Below, one piece after another: positions 9,478 to 17,517 of a stretch of DNA of 64,000 nucleotides. Both the position numbers and the translations under genes were made by a program. The DNA lies in the IMG/VR virus record IMGVR_UViG_3300028920_000026, positions 1 through 64,000 of that record; one strand, given 5' to 3'. How positions within the stretch are numbered: position 1 is the first letter of the stretch; each line of letters begins with the position of its first letter. The notes under the pieces were generated by a model. It was not told the origin of the DNA. It did not search any database and saw only the letters and a program-made list of their open reading frames with translations. This DNA comes from a virus.

Positions 9478-9762
9478 CTACTGTTGGTCGTCGCCTGAAC
9501 CATCCCAGGAACAATGTCCTTCACCCGCAGCCTGTACCGTATCGCTGTGACAGATCCAGCGGGCGCAGCGCTGTCTGTTCCTCCAAGTATCACTGACGAA
9601 CTTTCCTTTCATCAGGCGAACGACGTCGACCGACCCTTCAGGGTCCCTCGCACACGGAACGACGGACACGATCATCTGACCACGTCCTTTGCCTGAGTGC
9701 CTGACCATGCCAGGCACAAGCTCCTCTGCATAACAGCTAAGTTGCCGTCGGCGTCGATTCAA
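9478..9762 (-). CDS. PGD-family variant
   Basis: 94 aa; 'ELVPGMVRHSGKGRGQMIVSVV'. Confidence 0.3.
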   Translation of the reverse strand: MNRRRRQLSCYAEELVPGMVRHSGKGRGQMIVSVVPCARDPEGSVDVVRLMKGKFVSDTWRNRQRCARWICHSDTVQAAGEGHCSWDGSGDDQQ

Positions 9763-9765
9763 GCG

Positions 9766-10221
9766 TCAGACCATCGGGGGTTGGTAGCCGCGGACGTCTG
9801 GATTCGTGCTGCCGGACATCCAGACGTTAAAAAGCGACGGGTCGTTCAATGCCTTGATGAGTGCCTCTGCACGCTTCCCGATTTTCATGCGACTGATCGA
9901 CTTCATCCCGCTAGCAGCCTTGTTCGCCATTGCCTTGATGAGGCGTTCGACCTCAGAAACACCCATACCCGAGGTAGCGAGTGCATTTGCTGCCTTGTTG
10001 GGGTCGAGGTGCTGGTTCGCGAAGTAACCCCTCAGTACGTCTGCCACGCCGGAATTCATGATCGCCTCGTCGTCCTCGGAGACGATGAATGCGGTAGTCC
10101 GCGTCAAGGACTCGATGCTTGGTCGATCCTCAAGTAACGCCTTGAGCGTGATTCCAACGTAGCCTTCGAGCAGCCTGAGTTCCTTGGGCGTTGCCATTCT
10201 TTCTTCTGTAATCGATTCCAT
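9766..10221 (-). CDS. hypothetical protein
   Basis: 151-aa ORF; no motif recognised. Confidence 0.45.
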   Translation of the reverse strand: MESITEERMATPKELRLLEGYVGITLKALLEDRPSIESLTRTTAFIVSEDDEAIMNSGVADVLRGYFANQHLDPNKAANALATSGMGVSEVERLIKAMANKAASGMKSISRMKIGKRAEALIKALNDPSLFNVWMSGSTNPDVRGYQPPMV

Positions 10222-10432
10222 GTGTTGCTCCGTGTATCTAGTACTTATCGGTCCGACGGCCCTTCTGTTGTCCTGTATCCTTATTGTATGTCACCTCGGT
10301 GGCTTCTGCATCGGACGATTGTGACACTCTCCTGCCTGTACCCTCGCATCGTGGACACTCGCGGAGCTCTCCTCTTGCAAAATAACGCCCTGTTCCTTGA
10401 CACGAGAGATATTCATTTGGATCGTACACCTG

Positions 10433-10506
10433 TGGGCCTCCTCGGATTCGAACCGAGACGCGCCCGGTTATGAGCCGGGTGCTCTGACCGATTGAGCTAG
10501 AGGCCC
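10433..10506 (-). tRNA. tRNA-Met (anticodon CAT)
   Basis: Reverse complement reads GGGCCTC-TA-GCTC-AATCGGTCA-GAGC-A-CCCGG-CTCATAA-CCGGG-CGCGT-CTCGG-TTCGAAT-CCGAG-GAGGCCC-A. It has a 7-bp acceptor stem, D, anticodon (CAU) and T arms, and a canonical GTTCGAATC T-loop. Confidence 0.85.
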
Positions 10507-10730
10507 GGAGTCTTAGTTTCCTGGACGAACTAGTAATGTGGACGAAAGGAAGCTGCATCCACGTCGTATGTTTACCGATCCAATCCTGTCGCCCTTCGCG
10601 AATGTTCTGATGCAAGGAACACTGATCACGTTCATTTCAATTGAGATCTCAATTGATTCATCGAACACTAGGCCCAATCAGAGCGCGATCCTTTCCAACA
10701 GGGCCTTTAGTTCTGCGTTCTTTGATACTG

Positions 10731-11081
10731 CTACATTCCCATGACAGCTTCGAACTCTTCTTTCGAAAGCTTTTCTCGTACAGACGCGACGAGTTCTGCC
10801 TTCTTACCTACCTCTACGTCGTCAAGGTCAACAGTCATCGGTGAACTATCGAAGGATTTAAGCAAATACGTTTTTCCGTCTGGAAGTGTGACTGCCCACA
10901 TTGAATGAATGACGACGTGGTCGCGGAAGTGCATTATATCTTTGGCGGTTACTGCTGCGCGCAACGTCGAAAACGTACCATAGTCTCTTGACGTATATCC
11001 ATCTGTCATCTGGAGCTGGTACACCCTCACGGGCTTGATTTCTTTATTCATAGCTTTCCTTGTTGTTTTTTGTGGAGACAC
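10731..11081 (-). CDS. hypothetical protein
   Basis: 116-aa ORF whose start overlaps the stop of the upstream gene. Confidence 0.4.
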   Translation of the reverse strand: MSPQKTTRKAMNKEIKPVRVYQLQMTDGYTSRDYGTFSTLRAAVTAKDIMHFRDHVVIHSMWAVTLPDGKTYLLKSFDSSPMTVDLDDVEVGKKAELVASVREKLSKEEFEAVMGM

Positions 11082-11407
11082 TCGTTGCAGAGCGTCTGCC
11101 TGTTGTAGGGTTCTTCGCTGCCACCTTGTGACTTCGGTGTGATGTACGTTGCTGACAACATCGACCCGTCGTCAGTGTAGACGTTCATGTGAGGATCCAT
11201 GTCGTTCTCTTCAACACGAACAATTGTTCCTTCGACTCCACATGCGTTGCAGTTGATGTTTCGCCTCAGGGTGACGAGCCGTGGAGTCGTGATACGCATG
11301 TTGATCTGCGTTCCTTGGACATCAACTGTTGTTTTGAGTGACCTGTCTGGTTCATCAGGAACGAGCGATACGAATTGCTCGACGCTGATCGTTCCAAGCA
11401 GCTTCAT
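11048..11407 (-). CDS. zinc-ribbon protein (CxxC...CxxC)
   Basis: 119 aa with 'CNACG' and 'CNEC' pairs; ATGA-coupled to the neighbouring gene. Confidence 0.45.
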   Translation of the reverse strand: MKLLGTISVEQFVSLVPDEPDRSLKTTVDVQGTQINMRITTPRLVTLRRNINCNACGVEGTIVRVEENDMDPHMNVYTDDGSMLSATYITPKSQGGSEEPYNRQTLCNECLHKKQQGKL

Positions 11408-11670
11408 CTGTACGTACCCGCCAACCGCGAAAGCAGCGTCCTGCGCTGCATCATGAGGCCGATGAACGTCCTATCTTTTTCGACGCTTCCGTTGATGTAC
11501 GGTATCATCTCAACGTCAACGCGATCGAGCTCAGTAAGGATCGCCTTTTGATGCATTTTGCGCAGTCCCTCAAGGTCCATGCTGTGGGCAACAAGGGCCT
11601 TCTTGACGGCTAGCGCTCCTTGCGCATCGACGATCACTTCGTTGCCATCAATGTTCACAATGCTAAACAC
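11404..11670 (-). CDS. hypothetical protein (has a decayed paralog at 12.3-12.5 kb)
   Basis: 88-aa ORF 'MFSIVNIDGNEVIVDAQGALAVKKALVAHSMDLEGLRK...'. Confidence 0.45.
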   Translation of the reverse strand: MFSIVNIDGNEVIVDAQGALAVKKALVAHSMDLEGLRKMHQKAILTELDRVDVEMIPYINGSVEKDRTFIGLMMQRRTLLSRLAGTYR

Positions 11671-11682
11671 GGGTCGTTCCTT

Positions 11683-11961
11683 TCATTGAGACGGAAGCGC
11701 TGTGAGCTCTCCTTCGCGATCAGGACGTTCGTAGAGTGCGGTCTTTGCTGCGATGGCGCACCTAGTGCACTCCCGCGTGAGTTCTTCAATGCGTATCCTG
11801 GCACTGCGAAGTTCGCGAAGCCAGTCTGCGATCTGTGCCTCCTGCTCAGCGAGGGCATGTTGTCCTCCAGCCCTCAGGGTTGAGGCGTGTTCGTCAACGA
11901 GATCGATGACGTGTTCCAAGGTTCTAGGCTCTTTTGGCCCTTCGCACGGGTCTGTATCCAT
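11683..11961 (-). CDS. hypothetical protein
   Basis: 92-aa ORF. Confidence 0.4.
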   Translation of the reverse strand: MDTDPCEGPKEPRTLEHVIDLVDEHASTLRAGGQHALAEQEAQIADWLRELRSARIRIEELTRECTRCAIAAKTALYERPDREGELTALPSQ

Positions 11962-12314
11962 CCTTCTTTCTCAATTATACGGCAGCAAACGAACATCTAC
12001 ACACCTCACGTGCTGAGCTGGTTTGTTGATTACTATGTGAGAATTTTACAACTACACCTTTGTCTATGTAGTCATCAAAGCTTCCAGTCGGTTGCTTGTC
12101 GACATCGGTAATCGATGTCGCTTCGACCACATTTCCCTCAACATCGAACCAAAACACTGATGGACACATTTGACTTTGTTTATATGAATACCAGGCTCTA
12201 AATGTCATCTTATTCCTTCTTCGAGATCTAATCTATCTGTAAGTCCCAGCGAGCCGTGCAAGAAGAATCCTACGTTGTGACGTCAGGTCAGTAAATACGA
12301 CATCCTTTTGGGCG

Positions 12315-12479
12315 TCATCTATACGTCAATCCTGTTAAGTTCATTGATGATTGCAGTACGATGCTTTTTACGCAGGTAATCGAGGTCCATACTGTGAGCA
12401 ACAAGTACCTTTTGATGACCAACGCGCCACGCGCATCAACAACAACAATACTGCCATCAATGATTACTGTGCTGAACAT
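12315..12479 (-). pseudogene. frameshifted, truncated paralog of gene 11404..11670
   Basis: Reverse-strand translation gives 'MFSTVIIDGSIVVVDARGALVIKR' then, in a second frame, 'AHSMDLDYLRKKHRTAIINELNRIDV*'. This is colinear with 'MFSIVNIDGNEVIVDAQGALAVKK/ALVAHSMDLEGLRKMHQKAILTELDRVDV', with one apparent 1-nt indel between the two segments. Confidence 0.4.
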
Positions 12480-12537
12480 TTTTCTTCTTTGACCTGTACC
12501 TATTTTCTAGTTCAATGATACACCAACATGCGAACGT

Positions 12538-12849
12538 CTACACCTCACGCAGCACTTGGAACCATATTGAACGTATGGGATACTCTTCCCTTGGAATGCT
12601 TCGCTGCATCACTGAGAACGTCATCGTGTCTACTCGAGCAATGATTATTATCGGTGACGGAAACGCCTGCAACACATCGTGTTGTGTCTCATGAGCAGCA
12701 TAGACAACGTCACCTGGCTGCAGTTCCGTGATGAAGACACGCTCCAGCGTGTTGTACGGATGACAGACCTCATCCTCGGAGAACAGCGATCCCTGAGAGG
12801 CGTCCAGTTTTTCATTGACCCACTCTACGTTGAACTTCGTTCTGAGCAT
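12538..12849 (-). CDS. small PGD-family paralog
   Basis: 103 aa; 'ELQPGDVVYAAHE'. Confidence 0.4.
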   Translation of the reverse strand: MLRTKFNVEWVNEKLDASQGSLFSEDEVCHPYNTLERVFITELQPGDVVYAAHETQHDVLQAFPSPIIIIARVDTMTFSVMQRSIPREEYPIRSIWFQVLREV

Positions 12850-13115
12850 CTGGCTCCTTGCCGCGTCAAGAGCTTCATGTTCTTGTAACGTGGGACCTCA
12901 TCGATGTTGAAGAGAATGAATTCCTTGTCTATGCATACGACAACGACCGGGCGAGCGTTGCTTTCCATCCTGACGTTCCTGCCCGGTGCGAGACCGATGA
13001 TCCCGTTCCCATCGAGGTAGACGTCAAGCACAACGTCGCCCGGCCTGAGATCGCTGGTCGGCACATGCTTCAAGCCTACGGTTTTCGCCAGCGCGGTGCC
13101 GTTGCGAATCGTCAC
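12825..13115 (-). CDS. small PGD-family paralog (non-ATG or internal start)
   Basis: C-terminal 97 aa of ORF 12825..13412 carry 'LRPGDVVLDVYLDGNGIIGLAPG'. The N-terminal 100 aa of the long ORF are low-complexity and probably not coding. Confidence 0.35.
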   Translation of the reverse strand: MTIRNGTALAKTVGLKHVPTSDLRPGDVVLDVYLDGNGIIGLAPGRNVRMESNARPVVVVCIDKEFILFNIDEVPRYKNMKLLTRQGARCSERSST

Positions 13116-13212
13116 TTCTCTTCTTTGTCTGTCTTCACCTTGGCTTCCTGTACTCGCTTCAGCGCAGCCGCCTTGTCGGGCTTCTCGATGACGACGCTTG
13201 GTGCCTTGCCTG

Positions 13213-13779
13213 TCACACGGTGAACGCGGTTGGTCTCCCAATCGATCTTTCAGGATACGGATACGCTGTAACTTTACCCTCGACGTAGACTGGAACCTCT
13301 TTACCTTCAACGACACAGCGCACCCAGGTCGCGATGCTGTTCTTTGATGCGAAGATCCCGTTTGGCTCGGGTTGCTCGACGACGCCTTCCTGGATTGCCC
13401 GTCCATGGGCATTTTGGCCGAACGGCCAGTAGATGCGCGACTGAAGCTGCAGCGGGTTCGTCAGTGAGGTATCGTATGGAAGCGGGAAACCGATGCTCGG
13501 GCAGTCACCCTCGATCACACTGGTATCACCTCTCCAGACGGTGTGTGTCGCTACGCTCTCGTTCCGTGCCTTGTAAAGCTGGATTGTGATGTCGCGCTCG
13601 AGCGAGAAATCGAGGTGTGGAATCGGCTGAGCCATCTGGTAGTGCATTTGCTGCAATTGGACAGCCTCTTGGTCCTTCTGTTCTGACGATTTCTTCACTT
13701 CGCAGGCAATCAGTGCCAGTGCTAGGACGACGACGCCTAACGCTGCGATCGCTGTATTCGTTGTTCCCGTAGTTTTCAT
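13213..13779 (-). CDS. lipoprotein (candidate o-spanin / outer-membrane lysis partner)
   Basis: 188 aa with a signal peptide and lipobox 'ALALIAC'. Its start overlaps the stop of the upstream TM/coiled-coil gene (ATGA). Confidence 0.5.
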   Translation of the reverse strand: MKTTGTTNTAIAALGVVVLALALIACEVKKSSEQKDQEAVQLQQMHYQMAQPIPHLDFSLERDITIQLYKARNESVATHTVWRGDTSVIEGDCPSIGFPLPYDTSLTNPLQLQSRIYWPFGQNAHGRAIQEGVVEQPEPNGIFASKNSIATWVRCVVEGKEVPVYVEGKVTAYPYPERSIGRPTAFTV

Positions 13780-14156
13780 CGTAGCTTCAACCTTTCTCGC
13801 TCGAGCCTGTTCTCGAGCGCCTTCCTCTGGTTCCTGAGCGCTTCGACGACGTCAGCGTCGTCATTTGCCTTTGCGATCTCAGCATCAAGACGCGCAATGT
13901 CCTGCTCGAGCGTAGCGATCGCCTCCTTGCGAGCTTCCTGGTACTGGTGAGACTCTACGGCGACCTCACGGTCGATGCGTGCCTCGACAGACCTCAGCAG
14001 CCAACCGACGAGCGTGATTGCTGAGATGAGCGCGAACGCGCTTGCTGTTGATCCTCCAATCAGGGCCCACGATGGGCCATCGTCTTTAATCGACATTTCA
14101 TCACTCCTTCTGGATCTACGATCCTTACAAAGCCCGCGACTGGGCGACACGTCCAC
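13776..14156 (-). CDS. candidate i-spanin (N-terminal TM + periplasmic coiled coil)
   Basis: 126 aa; TM 'WALIGGSTASAFALISAITLVGWLL' followed by a heptad-rich 'EARKEAIATLEQDIARLDAEIAKANDDADVVEALRNQRKALENRLERERLKL'. Confidence 0.5.
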   Translation of the reverse strand: MDVSPSRGLCKDRRSRRSDEMSIKDDGPSWALIGGSTASAFALISAITLVGWLLRSVEARIDREVAVESHQYQEARKEAIATLEQDIARLDAEIAKANDDADVVEALRNQRKALENRLERERLKLR

Positions 14157-14695
14157 TTGTCATCAACCTTGTCACAATTTACGTTATCGACGAGGTCCCT
14201 TATGAGTGCTCGCCCAGCGCGAGCTCCTCCTCGTCCTTCTTAATGATCGTTACAATCATGATTCTTTTATGCATTTTCGTTGTTTCTCATCACATTGAAC
14301 GAATGATGTTCCCGTACATGCCAAGTTCCGACGAAACCGTTAGGAAACATGTACGTTATCGTCGCCCAGTTACGTGGTTTTTTGTTTCTACATGAATCAC
14401 AAGGCACCAAACGCTTTGTGTAAGGTTCTTGTAAAAGACAAACATGTCTTCTGGTAGAAGCTCCTGAACATGACAATCATTGATGATAAGCATTTACTCA
14501 CCCCTAATGGCCTGAAACGTATCCATGTTCTGATTTCTGCATTGGGATACAGGGACGTCAGCGCGTGACAGTCCTGAATTGAGGTTCTTGTGTGTATCAA
14601 CAAAAGCGTCCAACCCCTTTTCTTTTGTGTTGGATCTTACGCCCAATACAAGTCACCAGGAAGTAAATCTCTTGCAGCAATGTTCTCGAAGAACA

Positions 14696-15043
14696 TCAAC
14701 ACAGACCAAACCTCTTTGCAAGGTCTCGCCCTGCCTTTGATGTCTTGTCGTCGTGATAGAACCGTTGTCCGGAGAAGCAGTCGGTTGTGTAGACCTGCAT
14801 CACCCTGCCTTGACTAAACCCGTAGTTGAACCTGTAGAACCACATCGGATCCTTATCGACCCTGACAAGGAACCTCTTGAACCAGCCTTCCCGCCCGTAG
14901 TCGTCGAGCGTACCCATGTAGATCATTGTTGCACCCAACCAGTCAACCTTGACGATGCGACCTGACCAACTCTTGACAAAGACGAGCCCACGGACGAGCT
15001 CGATCTTCAACGACTGGGCATGTTTGAGGTACCTGTCTTCCAT
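14696..15043 (-). CDS. hypothetical protein
   Basis: 115-aa ORF; first of four head-to-tail minus-strand ORFs (14696-16025) with abutting coordinates. Confidence 0.4.
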   Translation of the reverse strand: MEDRYLKHAQSLKIELVRGLVFVKSWSGRIVKVDWLGATMIYMGTLDDYGREGWFKRFLVRVDKDPMWFYRFNYGFSQGRVMQVYTTDCFSGQRFYHDDKTSKAGRDLAKRFGLC

Positions 15044-15460
15044 CTATGGAACGTCGTTTGTATTGATTGGGCTGATCTTTCGCGGTGTCGGCGGGTTTTT
15101 GAGGCCCGAAGCCTCAGCATATTCGAGCAGCGCCCTGTATTCGATGTTTGCCGTCTCTGCGTCCGTATAGTGGATGTTTCCCTCGAGATCGGTGTACACC
15201 CACTGCTCGTCTTCGAGTTCAACGCCCGTGTTGTCCATGTAGTCGAAGCTGCATTCGGGTAGCGGAAGCGAGTCGATGTTGTACGCAACGAGAAGGAAGT
15301 GGCTCCCGTTCCTGAAGAACTTATGCAGATAGTAGCCGTCCCTGTCGAGGGTATTCAGTGCATCCTCAAGGCGTTTTGCAATCGCTGCGTTGTCATCCGT
15401 CCCGAGCACGCTTTCGACGCGCCATTCCTTCTTTTCTTTGTTCAACTTGTCTCCCTTCAA
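15044..15460 (-). CDS. hypothetical protein
   Basis: 138-aa ORF; its stop abuts the downstream start. Confidence 0.4.
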   Translation of the reverse strand: MKGDKLNKEKKEWRVESVLGTDDNAAIAKRLEDALNTLDRDGYYLHKFFRNGSHFLLVAYNIDSLPLPECSFDYMDNTGVELEDEQWVYTDLEGNIHYTDAETANIEYRALLEYAEASGLKNPPTPRKISPINTNDVP

Positions 15461-15775
15461 TCACTTTACCCTCATGAACTTCTCGTAGTTGATGTGAGCA
15501 TCCTCGTCGGCGCCGAGCGCGAGAATCCTACCAGATACAGACAGAAAAGTGACGTCAACATGGTCGATCACCCTATTCGGATCTGGCGGTGTCTTCACGC
15601 ACGACAGGACGAGGAACGGTCCGTCCCGGAAGTCCTTCCTGTCCCTTTTTGAGAAGGACGAGAAATCGATCATGTCGCCCGGCACGAACCTGCCAAACGC
15701 GATCGCGTTCAGAGTCGCAAAGACGTACGTGTCATCGCGGAACAGCGGCACGGGTCGGCTCAGGACGCGGTCCAC
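15461..15775 (-). CDS. small PGD-family paralog
   Basis: 104 aa; 'GRFVPGDMIDFSSF'. Confidence 0.4.
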   Translation of the reverse strand: MDRVLSRPVPLFRDDTYVFATLNAIAFGRFVPGDMIDFSSFSKRDRKDFRDGPFLVLSCVKTPPDPNRVIDHVDVTFLSVSGRILALGADEDAHINYEKFMRVK

Positions 15776-16025
15776 CAGGCTTCTGCTTCTTTACCTCGGG
15801 TTCTGGATCAATCTTCTGATCGTTTGGAACGAGTTTCGGAACGTCCGAGACGAGCTCGACCGTCGAAACATCAAACGACATCATGTCAAGCGGCTTGCCG
15901 TCCTTCAGCTCACGTGGAGCGAGGGTGACACGATCGCAGCCGGTCAACCACTGTGTCTTCGCCATCGCCACGCCGCTGAAGCCCGTGATAGTGTCCCTGT
16001 ACGTCATCCCAAGTTCGATCTTCAT
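15732..16025 (-). CDS. hypothetical protein
   Basis: 97-aa ORF with a Pro/Lys-rich C-terminus. Confidence 0.35.
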   Translation of the reverse strand: MKIELGMTYRDTITGFSGVAMAKTQWLTGCDRVTLAPRELKDGKPLDMMSFDVSTVELVSDVPKLVPNDQKIDPEPEVKKQKPGGPRPEPTRAAVPR

Positions 16026-16157
16026 GTTCGTTTCTCCAGTCTTCGAAGTTACATTAGTTGATGAATACTACACCCTATGAGAAATTCGTTGCCAGAAGCC
16101 AGATTGCCGTCTTTATGTATCGATGGTAAACGATTCGTTTGGTTTCTGAGAGCATTG

Positions 16158-16230
16158 TGTCCCCGGCTGGACTCGAACCAGCGGCACCCAATTTAGGAAA
16201 CTGGTGCTCTATCCACTGAGCTACGGAGAC
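16158..16230 (-). tRNA. tRNA-Arg (anticodon CCT)
   Basis: Reverse complement reads GTCTCCG-TA-GCTC-AGTGGATA-GAGC-A-CCAGT-TTCCTAA-ATTGG-GTGCC-GCTGG-TTCGAGT-CCAGC-CGGGGAC-A. Cloverleaf with anticodon CCU. Confidence 0.85.
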
Positions 16231-16325
16231 AGACGCCGCGGCCGGACATATCGACCTCTCGCTGCGGTCTATCAGTTTACACGTCGCTGTGCGTGTCGGC
16301 CGCGCGGCCAGACGAGCAACCCCTT

Positions 16326-16850
16326 TTACCTTACCTTCCTGGCCTCTCGAGCTGCACGGCGGCCCTCTCGCTCCCTTCTCAGGGCCTCGCGCTCGGCTTG
16401 AATGGTCTCCTTTGAGCGGTTCTTCGAACCCTTCGGGCGACCTCTCCTCTTTTTGGGGGCATTCGGATCCACGGGCTCGCGCTCGATGACCCTGCGGCGA
16501 CCGTTCCTGACCGACTGGCGTGTCTCGAGGAACCTCTCTGGGTTCACACCGCGTGGAGGAAACCTGAACTGAAACCCGTTGACGACTCCGACCGCCCAGT
16601 TTGACGATGCTAGGTACTCACGGACCGGATCCCACAGCTTCAGCTCGCCGTTGGGAAAAGGGTCAGCCAGGAGGCGGTAAACGCGGGTGTCGAGCCACGG
16701 GTTGTCTGCGAGGACGAGTGCTCGACGCTCAATGATGATGTAGTCGCCCTTCTTAGCGAGGAAGCCAACGCCGCTAGGCGTATCAGCCTCCCAGTCGATA
16801 GCATCGTCCAGGTACGCAATGTCAGGCTTGCTCGCCTCCCTGCGTGCCAT
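16326..16850 (-). CDS. AT-hook DNA-binding protein
   Basis: ORF 16326..17114 trimmed to the internal Met 'MARREASKP' to avoid a 210-nt overlap. Contains 'PKKRRGRPKGSKNR' (AT-hook) and a basic coiled tail. Confidence 0.45.
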   Translation of the reverse strand: MARREASKPDIAYLDDAIDWEADTPSGVGFLAKKGDYIIIERRALVLADNPWLDTRVYRLLADPFPNGELKLWDPVREYLASSNWAVGVVNGFQFRFPPRGVNPERFLETRQSVRNGRRRVIEREPVDPNAPKKRRGRPKGSKNRSKETIQAEREALRREREGRRAAREARKVR

Positions 16851-16902
16851 TGCAATGTTGGAGTCCTCGGTCGCCTTCGACCAGTCCTCATCTGGATCAG
16901 AC

Positions 16903-17451
16903 TCAATACACTGAGTCGACGAAGTGGTCGTGCTCTGATCGTCCTCCGAGTCCCATGTATCCTTCCTCAGAGCAGTTTGGATTGACGGGTCCATAGTCGT
17001 CGTCGTCTGTGGAGTCTGACTCAACTCCTTGTTTTCCATCTTCGGTTTCATCGGTTCCGCTTTCATCCTCCTTAATGTACACCACCTCAGAGTTGTCTGC
17101 ACCGAGCACCGCAAGCTTGTGAGCCGCTTGGGCGAACGAGACGGCTACTGTACGAACGTCGTTGATCACCAACACGATGGCGTCTCGTGTGTCGATCGAT
17201 TCACGAAAGAACTGGATCGACGTGTTCCTTAGCGAGGTCTTCTCTTTGTTGACAAACGAGCACCACGCCTTGCACATGCCTGAGTTTTTATCGATCTCTG
17301 TGTTGATGTTGAACGCATGGTCATTGATGATGAACGTTGACTTGTACTTGATGGGGTTGAACCGCATGCGCTTGAACACGATGCCTGCGACTTTGAACTC
17401 GTCAGGTGCTCCAGCAATGACCTGACGGTCGATATAATTCGTTATCGACAT
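16903..17451 (-). CDS. hypothetical protein with acidic C-terminal tail
   Basis: 182 aa; C-terminus 'EDESGTDETEDGKQGVESDSTDDDDYG'. Confidence 0.4.
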   Translation of the reverse strand: MSITNYIDRQVIAGAPDEFKVAGIVFKRMRFNPIKYKSTFIINDHAFNINTEIDKNSGMCKAWCSFVNKEKTSLRNTSIQFFRESIDTRDAIVLVINDVRTVAVSFAQAAHKLAVLGADNSEVVYIKEDESGTDETEDGKQGVESDSTDDDDYGPVNPNCSEEGYMGLGGRSEHDHFVDSVY

Positions 17452-17517
17452 CTTTCTTCTCCTACACTTGGGCGGTCACGCACTCACACGTGACCGCCTT
17501 TATGATGCTTGCCGTAT

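Noticed and set aside
10238-10615. 125-aa minus ORF spanning the tRNA-Met gene
   Set aside because: It overlaps a canonical tRNA on the same strand, so the ORF is almost certainly spurious.
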